From an uncultured Planctomycetaceae bacterium (GTDB lineage Bacteria; Planctomycetota; Planctomycetia; Planctomycetales; Planctomycetaceae), in NCBI GenBank assembly GCA_963976765.1, contig CAXBME010000023.1:1-64000 (forward strand): a DNA stretch of 64,000 nt. The letters are read 5' to 3'. A model generated the notes under the pieces. It was given only the letters and a program-made list of their open reading frames with translations. It did no database searches and was not told the DNA's origin. The position numbers were made by a program, and so were the translations under genes. This document shows positions 29,237 through 40,300 of this stretch, in pieces; position 1 is the first letter of the stretch, and each line of letters begins with the position of its first letter.

Positions 29237-31249
29237 ATGTGCGGAATTGCAGGTCTAAGCTGGCATCATCCTGAGCGGCTTCCCGACATTGCCGAAGTCC
29301 GTCGCATGGTCGATGTGCTTTCTCATCGCGGCCCCGACGACTCTGGACTTTATCATTCCGAAATCGGACTTCTGGGTGACCGCGAACATCGCCGTTCAAA
29401 CGAAGGTGACCGAGTCGGGGATGAGCGTGGCGCGATGCTGGGGCATCGCCGGCTTTCGATTATCGACCTCTCCGGCGGTCGACAGCCTATATCGAATGAG
29501 GATGGGTCGGTCTGGATCGTCCTTAATGGTGAGATCTTTAACTATCGGGAACTCCGCCGTGATCTTCAGTCACGCGGGCATCGATTCGGCACCGAGAGCG
29601 ACACCGAAGTCATCGTTCATCTTTATGAAGAGTACGGAGACGACTGCGTGCTCCATCTGCGTGGCATGTTTGCCTTCGCGATCTGGGACAAACGGCGGGT
29701 ACGTTTGCTGCTCGCGCGAGACCGACTCGGTCAGAAGCCACTCGTTTACCGGAACCACGGTGGTCGAGTCGATTTTGCCAGCGAACTGAAAGGGCTGTTG
29801 CAGCTCAACGATTCGCCACGAGAGATCAACCCCGTCGCCATCGATCAGTACCTCACTTATCAGTACGTGCCGCACACTTCTTCAATCCTGAAGGACTATT
29901 CCAAACTGCCGCCAGCACACCTGGCCACATTTGAAAACGGGAAGTTCGCCACTCGCCGCTATTGGCAACCGCCTTACGAACCTGGGCGTGTTGAATTTGG
30001 AGGCGAGCGGCGGTCCGATGAAACAACGCAGGCTGAGGTCGAGATCGAACTGCGTGAAACACTCACCGAAGCCGTCCGATTACGAATGCGGAGCGACGTG
30101 CCGCTGGGTGCGTTTCTGTCGGGAGGAATCGACTCAACAATCATCACCGGGTTGATGCAGGAACAGTCTGACCAGCCAGTTCACACATTTTCGATTGGTT
30201 TTCCGGTCGCGAAATTCGACGAACGAACTTTCGCCCGCCAGGCCGCTGAGCATCTGGGAACGATTCATCACGAAAAAGTTGTCGAGCCCTCGGCACTCAG
30301 CATCCTGCCAGAACTGATCTGGCATTACGACGAGCCGCTGTCGGACAGCTCGGCCATCCCGATGATGTACCTTTCGGAGATGACTCGCGAATTCGTCACG
30401 GTCGCGTTGTCCGGAGACGGAGCTGACGAACTGTTTGCCGGTTACGATCGTTACCGCGCTGTCAAGCTGGCCGCCGCGTTTGACTATTTGCCGAAGCCGT
30501 TCCGGTCGCTGTTTGCGTCACGACTCTGGCAGCGTATTCCGGCGTCTGTCGAGCAGAAATCTTTCCGCCGTCGCCTGAAACGTTTCCTTGACGCGATCGG
30601 CGAAAGTCCTCAGCGGCGGTACCTCAACTGGATCAACATATTCGATCAGGCTCGTCGTCGGGAAATTTATTCTGACGGCATGCTCGAACAGCTCGGTGAT
30701 ACTGACGCGGCGTCATTTCTTGAAAGTGCTTACGCGGAATGTCCGAGCCGCGACTTCGTGACACAGACAACCTGCGCCGACGTGCTGACTTACCTGCCGT
30801 GTGACATCCTGGCCAAGGTTGACATTGCCAGTATGGCTTACGGACTGGAATGTCGCAGCCCGTTTCTCGATCATCGCGTCGCTGAGCTGGCGGCATGGAT
30901 GCCACTCAGATTCAAACGAAAAGGCAGACAGGGAAAGCAGATTCTGCTCGACACATTCGGCGATCTACTGCCCGCGTCGATTCGGAATCGACCGAAGATG
31001 GGCTTCGGAGTTCCGCTCGACAGTTGGTTCCGCAACGAACTTAAACCGCTGCTTTTTGATGTACTGCTCGACCGGAAGTCACTCGACCGAGGGTGGTTCC
31101 GTCCGGAGGCCGTGCAGCGACTCGTCGATGAGCACGTGACCGCGAAGTGGGATCACAGTTACCGTTTGTGGAACCTGCTCATCCTGGAACTATGGCAGCA
31201 GACGTTCCTGGATCCGAATGTCGCCCCTACCGGTCCCGGTTCGCTGTGA
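29237..31249 (+). CDS. asnB: Asparagine synthase (glutamine-hydrolysing)
   Basis: MCGIAG, HRGPD, GHRRLSIID, NGEIFN, LSGGIDS and LSGDGADELFAGY. Confidence 0.95.
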   Translation: MCGIAGLSWHHPERLPDIAEVRRMVDVLSHRGPDDSGLYHSEIGLLGDREHRRSNEGDRVGDERGAMLGHRRLSIIDLSGGRQPISNEDGSVWIVLNGEIFNYRELRRDLQSRGHRFGTESDTEVIVHLYEEYGDDCVLHLRGMFAFAIWDKRRVRLLLARDRLGQKPLVYRNHGGRVDFASELKGLLQLNDSPREINPVAIDQYLTYQYVPHTSSILKDYSKLPPAHLATFENGKFATRRYWQPPYEPGRVEFGGERRSDETTQAEVEIELRETLTEAVRLRMRSDVPLGAFLSGGIDSTIITGLMQEQSDQPVHTFSIGFPVAKFDERTFARQAAEHLGTIHHEKVVEPSALSILPELIWHYDEPLSDSSAIPMMYLSEMTREFVTVALSGDGADELFAGYDRYRAVKLAAAFDYLPKPFRSLFASRLWQRIPASVEQKSFRRRLKRFLDAIGESPQRRYLNWINIFDQARRREIYSDGMLEQLGDTDAASFLESAYAECPSRDFVTQTTCADVLTYLPCDILAKVDIASMAYGLECRSPFLDHRVAELAAWMPLRFKRKGRQGKQILLDTFGDLLPASIRNRPKMGFGVPLDSWFRNELKPLLFDVLLDRKSLDRGWFRPEAVQRLVDEHVTAKWDHSYRLWNLLILELWQQTFLDPNVAPTGPGSL

Positions 31250-31277
31250 ATTACGAGGTTCGCTGTGAATTACGAGG
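31238..31277. repeat. Perfect 19-bp tandem duplication at the junction of convergent genes
   Basis: GGTTCGCTGTGAATTACGA at 31238-31256 and 31257-31275. Confidence 0.9.
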
Positions 31278-31992
31278 CCGCGCTTCGGTCGGTCTGAATT
31301 TCGTGCTGCTCGGCCTCGTATCGATACCCGGCACCGTGGACGGTACGAATAATTCGTGGCGACTTTGGATCGGCCTCGATGCGTTTCCGCAATTGCGAAA
31401 TGTGCTGGTCGAGCGTCCGGCTGTTTGGGAAGTAGTCCTCACCCCATGCGTGATTGAAGATCACATTTCGGTCCAGAACGCGACCGGCGTTGCGATGCAG
31501 CAGTTCGAGAATGTGTACATCGCGGAGACTCAATTCGATGGCGCAACCATCGCGTGTCGCGCGAAGCTCTGCCGGGAAGATTTCAAGATCGTCCATCGTG
31601 AACGATGCCGTTGGGTCTGCGCCGCGGGCCACGTGACAACGGCGAGTGACCGCGCGGATCCGGGCAATGACTTCTCGAACGCCGAACGGTTTGACGATGA
31701 AATCATCCGCTCCGAGTTCAAAGCCAACGACCTTGTCGATCTCTTCTGATTTGGCACTGATAAAAATGATCGGAATATCGGGATGGATGGCCCGGATAGA
31801 TCGACAGACGTCGTAGCCGCTTCGGCCAGGCATCATGATGTCGAGGCAGACGAAATCCGGCACACTGGTTTCAAACTGCTCCATCGCGGCTGCCCCGTTG
31901 GCTGCCTGGACAACCTGATAGCCCTCGGAAGCCAGCACTTCGGCAAGTCCCTGTCGAGTGAGTTCGTCATCTTCTGCGAGTAATACTTTCAT
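31270..31992 (-). CDS. OmpR/PhoB-family response regulator
   Basis: LLAEDD, LDIMMP and GADDFIVKPF; wHTH RTLDQHISQLRKRIE..IRTVHGAGY. Confidence 0.95.
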   Translation of the reverse strand: MKVLLAEDDELTRQGLAEVLASEGYQVVQAANGAAAMEQFETSVPDFVCLDIMMPGRSGYDVCRSIRAIHPDIPIIFISAKSEEIDKVVGFELGADDFIVKPFGVREVIARIRAVTRRCHVARGADPTASFTMDDLEIFPAELRATRDGCAIELSLRDVHILELLHRNAGRVLDRNVIFNHAWGEDYFPNSRTLDQHISQLRKRIEADPKSPRIIRTVHGAGYRYEAEQHEIQTDRSAAS

Positions 31993-33647
31993 GCCTCACA
32001 CACCTCGTTAGAAACTCGCAGTTCGACCGAAAATCGGGCACCGGTTTTACTGTCCATCATCGTTAAGTCACCCCCGTGGAGCCGGGCCAGATCACGAGCA
32101 ATGCTCAATCCGATGCCGGTGCCCGCTGCGTCTTCCAGGCGACTCGACACTCGCACAAATGGTTCGAAGACGGTCCGTTGCATCGACAGCGGAATTCCTG
32201 GCCCGGCGTCTGACACGATGACGCGCAATGTTGAGTCGTCGCGGCAGGTCTCGATCTTCAAGAGCTTTCCGTCAGCCGCGTATTTTTCAACATTGCTGAT
32301 CAGGTTAACGAGAATCTGCTCGACGGCATCCGGGTCGATCATCATCGGCTGCTCGACGTCAAGATTCAGTTCTGTCTGAATTCCAAGCCGCGACAGATTC
32401 GGCCTGAACTGCTCGACTACTCGTCGTACAAGCTCGTCAGGCGATGCAGGACGAGGCCGTAGAATCAGTGCGTCTCGCTGCTGTCGACCGAAAGTCAGAA
32501 CGTTACTGATCAGACGGCTGAGACGCTGGCTTTCAGAAATGATAACTCGCAAACGATCGACGGACTTGCCACCCGTTGATGGTTCCAGATTCTCCAGGTC
32601 GTCCGCCAGCAGATCGGCATACATGCGAATGTTGGTGAGCGGTGTTTTCAATTCGTGAGAAACCTGATTGACGAAGCTGACTCGTTGAGACGCCTGCCTG
32701 ACTTCACGCGAATATTCACGCCAGAAAACGGTGACCAGCACTGCTAGAGCCCCGGCCACGGCGCCAATCCCTGAAGCCAGCTGAAACGCTGTCCCGCGAC
32801 GGGCTCCGGCCAGCAGCGAGTCCGGGACAAATGCCTGAAGGCGCCACGAAGTCAGCGGTGACGAAACTGCGGTCTCTGTAAGTGACATGCTTCCGTCGGG
32901 AGGCTCGAACTCACCCCACTCGTACATGGACTGGCCCATCGAGTCGATCAATCGAAACCGGGCCGTTGTTGCGACGGAAGCTCCGTCGTGTTGCCGACTC
33001 ATCGTTTCCGGCAACGCCGCGATCAGGTCAGCCATCCAGCGACCACGCTCGATGAACAGCCCCACAACGGTTCCGTCGCTGCGGCGTTGCCAGTAAATCA
33101 GGTGAACTCCGCGGCCCCAGTACCATGCATGCCAGCCTTCATCAGCACCCCCTGGCGTGGCAGATAACGATCCTCTTTCTTCATTGCGAGTCGGCAATGC
33201 TGCACCGGCCTGTTGCTTCTTCTGCACAGAATCTGACTGACCGGTCGAAACGTGAATCAGATCGCGATCTCGGATCAGCTCCTGAGCTTCGTGCAGAAAT
33301 TCACGTTCGGTCAGATTCAAATCTAAGTTGGAATCCGGATGAAGTACGGAGCCGACGTTGTCGAGAACAAGTACTTGCCTGAGTTTGGGGGTTCTGCGAA
33401 TCAAAGCCCGGATACTGTCTGGGTTCGATTCGACCTGGCGAGCTGTGTTCCGCAATTCAATCGAGGTTGACTCAAAGTGTCGACTGACTACTCCGTCGAT
33501 GTCGTGCAGCTGAGTTGCGAAGACTTCTTCAAACCGTTGCTTAAGTGCCGCTTCATCGTCTCGAGCCACGCGCACCCCGAGCCAGGTCAGCCCGCCAAGC
33601 GGCAGAACAACGATCAGCATCAAGAGAATGAACGATTTGTTTTGCAC
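31989..33647 (-). CDS. Sensor histidine kinase
   Basis: Two TM segments; VSHELKTPL, NLISNVEKY, DAGPGI and GTGIGL. Confidence 0.95.
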   Translation of the reverse strand: MQNKSFILLMLIVVLPLGGLTWLGVRVARDDEAALKQRFEEVFATQLHDIDGVVSRHFESTSIELRNTARQVESNPDSIRALIRRTPKLRQVLVLDNVGSVLHPDSNLDLNLTEREFLHEAQELIRDRDLIHVSTGQSDSVQKKQQAGAALPTRNEERGSLSATPGGADEGWHAWYWGRGVHLIYWQRRSDGTVVGLFIERGRWMADLIAALPETMSRQHDGASVATTARFRLIDSMGQSMYEWGEFEPPDGSMSLTETAVSSPLTSWRLQAFVPDSLLAGARRGTAFQLASGIGAVAGALAVLVTVFWREYSREVRQASQRVSFVNQVSHELKTPLTNIRMYADLLADDLENLEPSTGGKSVDRLRVIISESQRLSRLISNVLTFGRQQRDALILRPRPASPDELVRRVVEQFRPNLSRLGIQTELNLDVEQPMMIDPDAVEQILVNLISNVEKYAADGKLLKIETCRDDSTLRVIVSDAGPGIPLSMQRTVFEPFVRVSSRLEDAAGTGIGLSIARDLARLHGGDLTMMDSKTGARFSVELRVSNEVCEA

Positions 33648-33783
33648 GAGGTTTCCACGATGCCGGCAACTTCAGCCGTTCAAAGCGTAAACGGCAGCGC
33701 GAGCCGAGTCACTCGTGCTGCCGCTCGTTGGGCTGGCCGCAAAGTCCTTCTACTTCCGTAATGGTGTTTCGCTGGCAGCTTGT

Positions 33784-35190
33784 TTATCGGCGGGGCTGAG
33801 GAGCAGCGGGTTGCTTCTGCGGTGTCGGAGATTTTTGAACCTGTTCCGGAGTCTGCTCTGGCAAGGCTCCATAACTTTGCTGCGTTTCAGTGACGTACTG
33901 TTCGAGACGCATTGCTTTGCGGGAACGTGCCCATCGAGCGTCGTCCAGATTCCTGGACTGAATCGTGTTGAGATTGCATGCGGCATCAAGCTGCATCGAT
34001 CCAAGATCTGCTGCGTACTTTTTCAGGTAGTCAGCGTTTTGAAGGAGCAACTGCCGAGCCGCATTGATGTCGCCCTTGTCGCGCAGAATCGTCGCCGCCT
34101 TGTTTCGCTCATTGGCGAACAGCAGAACGCCAGCTTCAAGGACATCGTTATTGACGCTGGCGGCAACGATTTCGTCCGAGTGGCTGAAGTTGACGCTTGC
34201 TTTGCCAGCCAGCTGGTCGGTGCTGCGCGTCAGCATGTTGTCATAGGCCACGTTCACTTTTGCAATGTCGCGTGCCTTGCCTTCTGGAGATGCAGGGACG
34301 TCGACTTCCAGAACCAGAAACTTTTCCTGCCCGCTGTAAAGTTGTGTCAGCGTTGCAAAGACTTTCTGCCCAGTGATTTCTGCCTGGTTGCCGAAGACTC
34401 GAACGGGACGGACGCCTGCTGCCACGTCGATCATAATGGTGACTTCCTGGGCGACGACCGACAGAACTGTGTTGAATTCTCTGGCGAAGAACTCGGCAAT
34501 CTGAGTTGGATCCTCAATAAAGACATGGTTGCCGCCGCTGCTGCTGGCGAGGTTGACCATCAGGTCTTCGTTGTAGTCAAGGCCCAGGCCCATTGCCGTG
34601 ACCGAGATGTTCTCTTTCTTGAGCGACGCTCCCAGTGAACCAAGTTCGCTCGGGGCGCTCGGTCCAATGTTTGCCAGTCCGTCTGACAGCAGAATGATTC
34701 GATTGACACGTTCCCGGTCAATGAACTTTCTCAATTCAGCCGCCGCTTTGCTGACTCCTGCAAACAGAGCTGTTCGCCCACCTGGTTGCACCTGGGCAAT
34801 CTTTTTACAAACGGCATCCTTGTCCGTCAGTTTCGTAGCAGGGACAAGTACCTCGACCGTCGAGTCGTAGACGACGACCGAGACAATGTCGTTGGCGTTG
34901 AGCCGGCGGACGGCCTGAATCGCAGCCTGTCTGGCCTCCTCAATTTTTCGTCCGTTCATGGAGCCGGACTTATCGAGTACCAGAGCAACGTTCACGGCGA
35001 CACGTTCCGTCGTCACCGGCATTCTGAAGCCTTCAAGGCCAACTTTAAGAAAGGCCGTTTGCTTCTGGTCGGACTTCAGAACGGGGTTCGACATGGCCAC
35101 GCTGAGTGACACCTGACTGGCGTGAGAGGCTGTCGACAACGAAACACTCAACGCGACAGTTGCTGCGAGAATTTGACCGGTTCGACTCAT
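33784..35190 (-). CDS. Exported VWA-domain protein (YfbK-like)
   Basis: Signal peptide; MIDAS VLDKSGSM, LLSDGLAN; GGAGGTG RBS. Confidence 0.9.
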   Translation of the reverse strand: MSRTGQILAATVALSVSLSTASHASQVSLSVAMSNPVLKSDQKQTAFLKVGLEGFRMPVTTERVAVNVALVLDKSGSMNGRKIEEARQAAIQAVRRLNANDIVSVVVYDSTVEVLVPATKLTDKDAVCKKIAQVQPGGRTALFAGVSKAAAELRKFIDRERVNRIILLSDGLANIGPSAPSELGSLGASLKKENISVTAMGLGLDYNEDLMVNLASSSGGNHVFIEDPTQIAEFFAREFNTVLSVVAQEVTIMIDVAAGVRPVRVFGNQAEITGQKVFATLTQLYSGQEKFLVLEVDVPASPEGKARDIAKVNVAYDNMLTRSTDQLAGKASVNFSHSDEIVAASVNNDVLEAGVLLFANERNKAATILRDKGDINAARQLLLQNADYLKKYAADLGSMQLDAACNLNTIQSRNLDDARWARSRKAMRLEQYVTETQQSYGALPEQTPEQVQKSPTPQKQPAAPQPRR

Positions 35191-35318
35191 GACACACCTC
35201 CAGGAGTTCAGAAACACCTCACTGACCATACGTGGTCAGCAGAACCGCGGACAACGTCAGAAGACAGTTTGACTGACGCGACGTGGTGAGTATTTAACCT
35301 GACGTCGACAGACGAGTG

Positions 35319-35357
35319 GTCAGGGCACCGTCAGAAGTTTGTCAGAAGTTTGTAAGA
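35319..35357. promoter_or_regulatory. 11-bp phased GTCAG repeats, candidate OmpR/PhoB-type binding site
   Basis: GTCAG at 35319, 35330 and 35341, GTAAG at 35352; GTCAGAAGTTT perfectly duplicated; upstream of the VWA-HK-RR operon. Confidence 0.6.
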
Positions 35358-35558
35358 GCACATCGGAACCTGACAGCGTCCGCACGATGTCGTGCGAGTG
35401 GCTGTCAGAAATCAGAATGGTTGAGAAGCGACGGTCATCGTCGACGGTCGTCGCCTGCCAGTCAGCGAAGACAACAGAGAGCGGGGCTATGCTGCGTACA
35501 GGAAAATGAAAGGACGCAAAAGCCCACAGGCTTTCCTGAAGACTCGTTTTTACTGCCG

Positions 35559-36350
35559 TCAGGGCACAACCGCGATGACCGCGACGGCGACGCTGGTGGC
35601 ACCTGCTTTGCGGAGAACCTTTGCGACTTCGTTGGACGTTGTTCCCGTTGTCAGAATGTCATCGACGATGAGAACTCGTTTACCCGCAAGGTTGTGGTGG
35701 CGTCGAATTCGGTAGGCCTTCTGCAGATTTGTCAGGCGTTTGGATCGGGGCAGGCTGGACTGGTCGACGGTCCGTCTTGATTTGCAGACGATTCGGTTGT
35801 TGCAGGGAATTTCGAGGCTTTCGGCAATAATTTCAGCCATCGTCAACGCCTGGTGATGAGGTCGCGTAAACCAGTGCAGCCAGTGCTGAGGAATCGGGAC
35901 GACGACGTCCGGAGCGAACTCGGTGAACAGACTTCGGTGCTCCTTCAGAAGAATCGAGGCGAGCGACGCGGCAAGCGCCTCGGCACCTCTTGACTTGCCG
36001 CGGATGCACGCGGTTCTGAGTGCATCGTCGTAGACGCCCAGTCGAATCACTTGATCAAAGCGAAACTGGCGACGGGTGCATGCCGGACACCCCTGCCTGG
36101 TGTCGACGTACGGGCCGACCGGCATTCCGCACTTCAAGCAGGCTGATCGTTTGTCGCTCGTGAATTTCCGGCGACATTTTCCGCAGAGACTGATTCGGTC
36201 GACGGTTGCTTCGAAGTCGTGTTGCAGGTCGCGCGTGCAGAACGTGCAGGCTGGTGGCAACAAAAAATCGACCAGCGACAAAGCGACGCGCCGAATCGGA
36301 TTTGAAATTCTGGAGCGGATGAATGAATTGTGATCAGTCGTTTGTGACAT
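35559..36350 (-). CDS. comF: ComF family protein (double zinc ribbon plus PRTase)
   Basis: PPACTFC, CGKC, CLKC and CPAC; VVVPIP; VLIVDDILTTGTT. Confidence 0.9.
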   Translation of the reverse strand: MSQTTDHNSFIRSRISNPIRRVALSLVDFLLPPACTFCTRDLQHDFEATVDRISLCGKCRRKFTSDKRSACLKCGMPVGPYVDTRQGCPACTRRQFRFDQVIRLGVYDDALRTACIRGKSRGAEALAASLASILLKEHRSLFTEFAPDVVVPIPQHWLHWFTRPHHQALTMAEIIAESLEIPCNNRIVCKSRRTVDQSSLPRSKRLTNLQKAYRIRRHHNLAGKRVLIVDDILTTGTTSNEVAKVLRKAGATSVAVAVIAVVP

Positions 36351-36376
36351 CGGTGGCCCGCTTCAACACGGAGTGA

Positions 36377-37387
36377 TCAGGACGAGGTTGGCTCAGTTTC
36401 CGAAAGAGTTTCGACGCACTCGCGGACAAGATCTTCGACGCGGATGCCGTCGGCCTGTCCGTCATAGTTAAGTAGAAGGCGATGTTGCAGCACTTCGGCG
36501 GCGAAGTGGCGGATATCGTCGAACGCGACGTGGGCTCGTCCAGCGGTTAACGCGAGGACTCGGGCCGCCTTGATCAATGCCTGAGCGGCTCGTGGACTGG
36601 CTCCCCAACGCACAAATTTTTGAACGCGTTCTGTGGCGAGGTTGGATTCAGGGTGGGTTGCGAGAACCAGACGGACGGCGTAATCGCGAATTGCTTCCGC
36701 CACGACGACCTTGTTCAGGCACTCACGAAGCTGCAGCAGCGAGGCTGCGTTGGCCACGCTGGAAAGTTCGCGGCGGTCCTGGAGGATGGTTCTTTCGACA
36801 ATGTGGTTCAACTCGCTGCGGTCCGGAGAGGGCACGACGATTTTAAAGAGGAAGCGGTCGAGCTGGGCTTCAGGCAGTGGAAACGTGCCTTCCTGTTCGA
36901 TTGGGTTTTGCGTGGCCAGTACGAAAAAAGGTTGCTTCAACGAACGAACGGTGCCGGCAACGGTGACGGTGCCTTCCTGCATGGTTTCCAGAAGTGCTGA
37001 TTGAGTTTTTGGGGTCGCGCGGTTGATCTCGTCGGCCAGCAGGAGCTGAGTGAAAATCGGGCCTTCACGAAACTCTACCTTGTAGCGCCCCTGATCGTCG
37101 GTCGACATCACGTTCGTGCCGAGAATGTCGGCTGGCATGAGGTCCGGCGTGAATTGAATTCTTCGGAACTCCAGATCAAGCACTTGCGAAATGGCTTTGG
37201 CGAGTTCCGTTTTGCCCAGCCCCGGGACGCCCTCCAGCAGCACGTTGCCACCACAGATCAAAGCGGTCAGCGTGGCTTCGATGACGTGCTCCTGCCCGAC
37301 GATGGCTTCAGCAACGGACTTCATGAGTCGGTCGAACGTGTCGCGAAAGTCTTGTGTTTCGGTGAGATGATCTTCGTGGCTCGTCAT
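36377..37387 (-). CDS. moxR: MoxR-family AAA+ ATPase
   Basis: GVPGLGKT, RIQFTPDLMPAD, DEINRATPKTQSALLE and LPEAQLDRF. Confidence 0.95.
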   Translation of the reverse strand: MTSHEDHLTETQDFRDTFDRLMKSVAEAIVGQEHVIEATLTALICGGNVLLEGVPGLGKTELAKAISQVLDLEFRRIQFTPDLMPADILGTNVMSTDDQGRYKVEFREGPIFTQLLLADEINRATPKTQSALLETMQEGTVTVAGTVRSLKQPFFVLATQNPIEQEGTFPLPEAQLDRFLFKIVVPSPDRSELNHIVERTILQDRRELSSVANAASLLQLRECLNKVVVAEAIRDYAVRLVLATHPESNLATERVQKFVRWGASPRAAQALIKAARVLALTAGRAHVAFDDIRHFAAEVLQHRLLLNYDGQADGIRVEDLVRECVETLSETEPTSS

Positions 37388-40300
37388 CAGGAATTTCCAT
37401 CATGTTGATCGTCAGGTTGAGAACCGGCATCTTCCTGTTGTTGCCGTTTGATGGCCAGTAACTTTGCCAGGGTAGTGCTTTGAGCATCTGCCGGTTCATT
37501 CTTCTGAGGAAGTTGACGAGGTGTCGGTTCGGCGGAACCGGTGGTGAGGTGTGATGGCGGTTGCGTGCGTTGCGGGATCGAAAGCTCTGAACGCGACGAC
37601 TCCAGCTGAGAATCCGTTTGCTGCTTCGTGACGAGCAGCGAACCGAGTGTCGACTGTTGAATATTCGTCCTGCGTCGAAACAGCGAGTTCCGAATGAGCG
37701 ACCAGTCGAGATGGACTCGTCGAACGCCGACATCGATCGGCAGCAGAATCGCGAGCGTGATCAGCAGCCAGTCAAAAACGGGCCGAGTCGACGACCTGGG
37801 AAGTCGATCACCGAAGACGTCATCCGCAGGGCTGTTAATGGTGAGAAGCTGGCCGCCGGTTCGTTCCTGAATCTGCCTGAGCATGATCGGGTCGGAGCGA
37901 AACCGCAGGTACTCGGCCGAGTACGAAACGATGAATCCGCCGGTTGTCGTTTCAGTGCGGCCGTTGCCGCTGCCCAGAACGATGACCTGATACTTTCCCT
38001 GGCCAGGCAGAGGGAGCCTTGCTTCGTATCGCTGCGGGCTGACCTGTTGCAGACTTAGTGTCGCTGAGAAGTTGTCGGGGCCGTTGACGATTGCGGCGAG
38101 TTCAGTGAAGCCTCCGTCTGGCCGCTGTGCACTATCAGAGAAATCTTCCGCGACGATGACCGCTTCGCCGCTCGAAATGTGTGTCCAGAGGCGAAGTTGT
38201 GCCGTTTTCCGGACACGCGACAGGCTGGTCATCAGTTGCGAAATGGCTGAGTCGAAATTCTGCCACCTCAGCCAGTCTCGCCCCCATCGGGTGGTCAGGT
38301 CCGAGGTGAACGCGGCGGTTGAACCGAGGCCGTACTTCCAGCGGGCGAGGATCGGCGCCGGCGCGGCTGCTGTCGTGGCAGAATCGGTTTCAAGGTTGGA
38401 TGCCAGCAGAACCGACTCCGCGCGCGGCTTTAGGGTGGTGAGCACGTAACCGTGAAGCGGCGGTGTCTCGTCGAGGCTGTTCAGCAGCGAGGAGGGAGTA
38501 CCGGGCTGAGGCGAGATCGTCGTTTCCTGAATCATCGAACGCTTCAGAGTGCGGGCTTCCTTGACAAAAATGGCCGGAAGCTCGGCAGGATTGTTCGGCG
38601 TGTAAGCTGTGCCGCCGGTTGCGTCGGCGATTCGTTTCATGGATGCCGTGTCGGATTCGCCATGCGGAGAAACAGTGACCGTTGACACTGTGATCTTTGC
38701 CTGTTGAAACGCGTCCAGAAGCTGGTTGGTTGGAGCGGACGGGTCTCCGTCAGAGATGATCAGCATGCGTTTGATTGTGGCGTCGCTCTGGTTCAGCCCG
38801 GCCAGCCCCATTTCCATCGTGGTGGCAAAGGTTGGCATGTCGCCGATTCTCGCGCGGTTAACCAGCGTGACAAGTCGAGGAAAACTGGCCGCAGGCGTCA
38901 GTCGAAACAGCCATTGTTCAGCGTCGGATTCTTTGTCAAAAACGAGCACTCCGACTTCGTCATGTCCTGAGAGGACTCGAATCGCCTGGTTCGTGATCCG
39001 CTTTCCCCACGTGTTTCCGTCGGCAAATTCGCACGTGTGAAGGATGATGACCAACGCACCTTTCTGAAGGAGTTCCTGCTGCTCAATATCCATCGACACT
39101 GGGAGAACCTCTTCGACAGGCGTCCGGTGATACCCGCCCGGTCCGAAACTGTCCGGCCCGCCGACCATGAGAAACCCGAGGCCGACATCGCGCACGGCGT
39201 TCTGCAGCGCTCGCAGCTGCGCCGGCACAAACGCGTTCACGGGTACGTTCACGAAGACGATGCTGTCGTAAGGCATCAATGCGAGGGGGCTGTCCGGAAA
39301 TCCGAAAGCGTCCTGCTGCTCGACGATTCTTCCATCACGCCGCATTGACTCCGCCAGCGGCTGCCACTCCCGTGAGTCGCCGCCCGGAGCGGTGACGATG
39401 AGAATTCGACCTGTTCCTTCAACAAAGAGAAAGTTTTCGGTGGCGTTGTTCTGCGAAAGATTGTCAGAACCGTCAGGTACTTCGATCGCGGCCTGGTACT
39501 CGTAGTAGCCTGGCTCGTCGACACGAACCGGCAACGAGAATTGATTCAACCCTGGTCGAAGCGCGACGGCACTCTTCGCCAGGACTCGACCGTTTTCCCG
39601 CAGCACCAGCGTGCTCGTTGTTTCGCCAAGCGATGAAATCAGAATCGACGCTTCGTAGTCCTGTTCAAGCTTCACTTGCTGCGGCAGTTCCAGACGCTCG
39701 ACCCAGACTTCGTTTTCGTACTGATAATTGACCGGCAGAACGTCGACGGAAATGCCGCGTGCCTGCAATTCGTCGAGGCGACTGGTGACGTTGCCTTCGG
39801 TCGATGTCCCATCGGTAATCAGGACGATTCGCCCGTTGTTTTCAGCGGGGATCATCGCGGCGGACATCGAGAGCGCTTCGGACAGGTTTGTCGCGTCGCG
39901 CCGGACCTGCGAGGTGACGACTCCATCAAACGGAAAGGTGATGCGCGGCGGCAATTCCACGACGGCTTCGGCTCCGAAAAGAACGAGACCCGCTTCGTCA
40001 GCGGCTGGTTTTTCAGAGACTTGCCGAGCCACGAATTCCAGTGCCGAATCGACAGCCGCAGTGCCGACCGAATCAGAAACATCAACGGCGTAGACGACCG
40101 AGAGAGTTTCGCTCGTCCTGACCGCTCGCGGTTCCGCGAGCGCGACGATAAATCCCGCCGCCATGACGAAACGAATCCACAATGCCGTATTTGCTCGCGC
40201 TGGAGAAAGTCCCGTCGCTCCGGCCAGAAACATCCACCAGATCCACACGGGAGCAATCGTCAGAAAAAAAGCTTGCGGACGAACGAACAGGACGAAGCCA

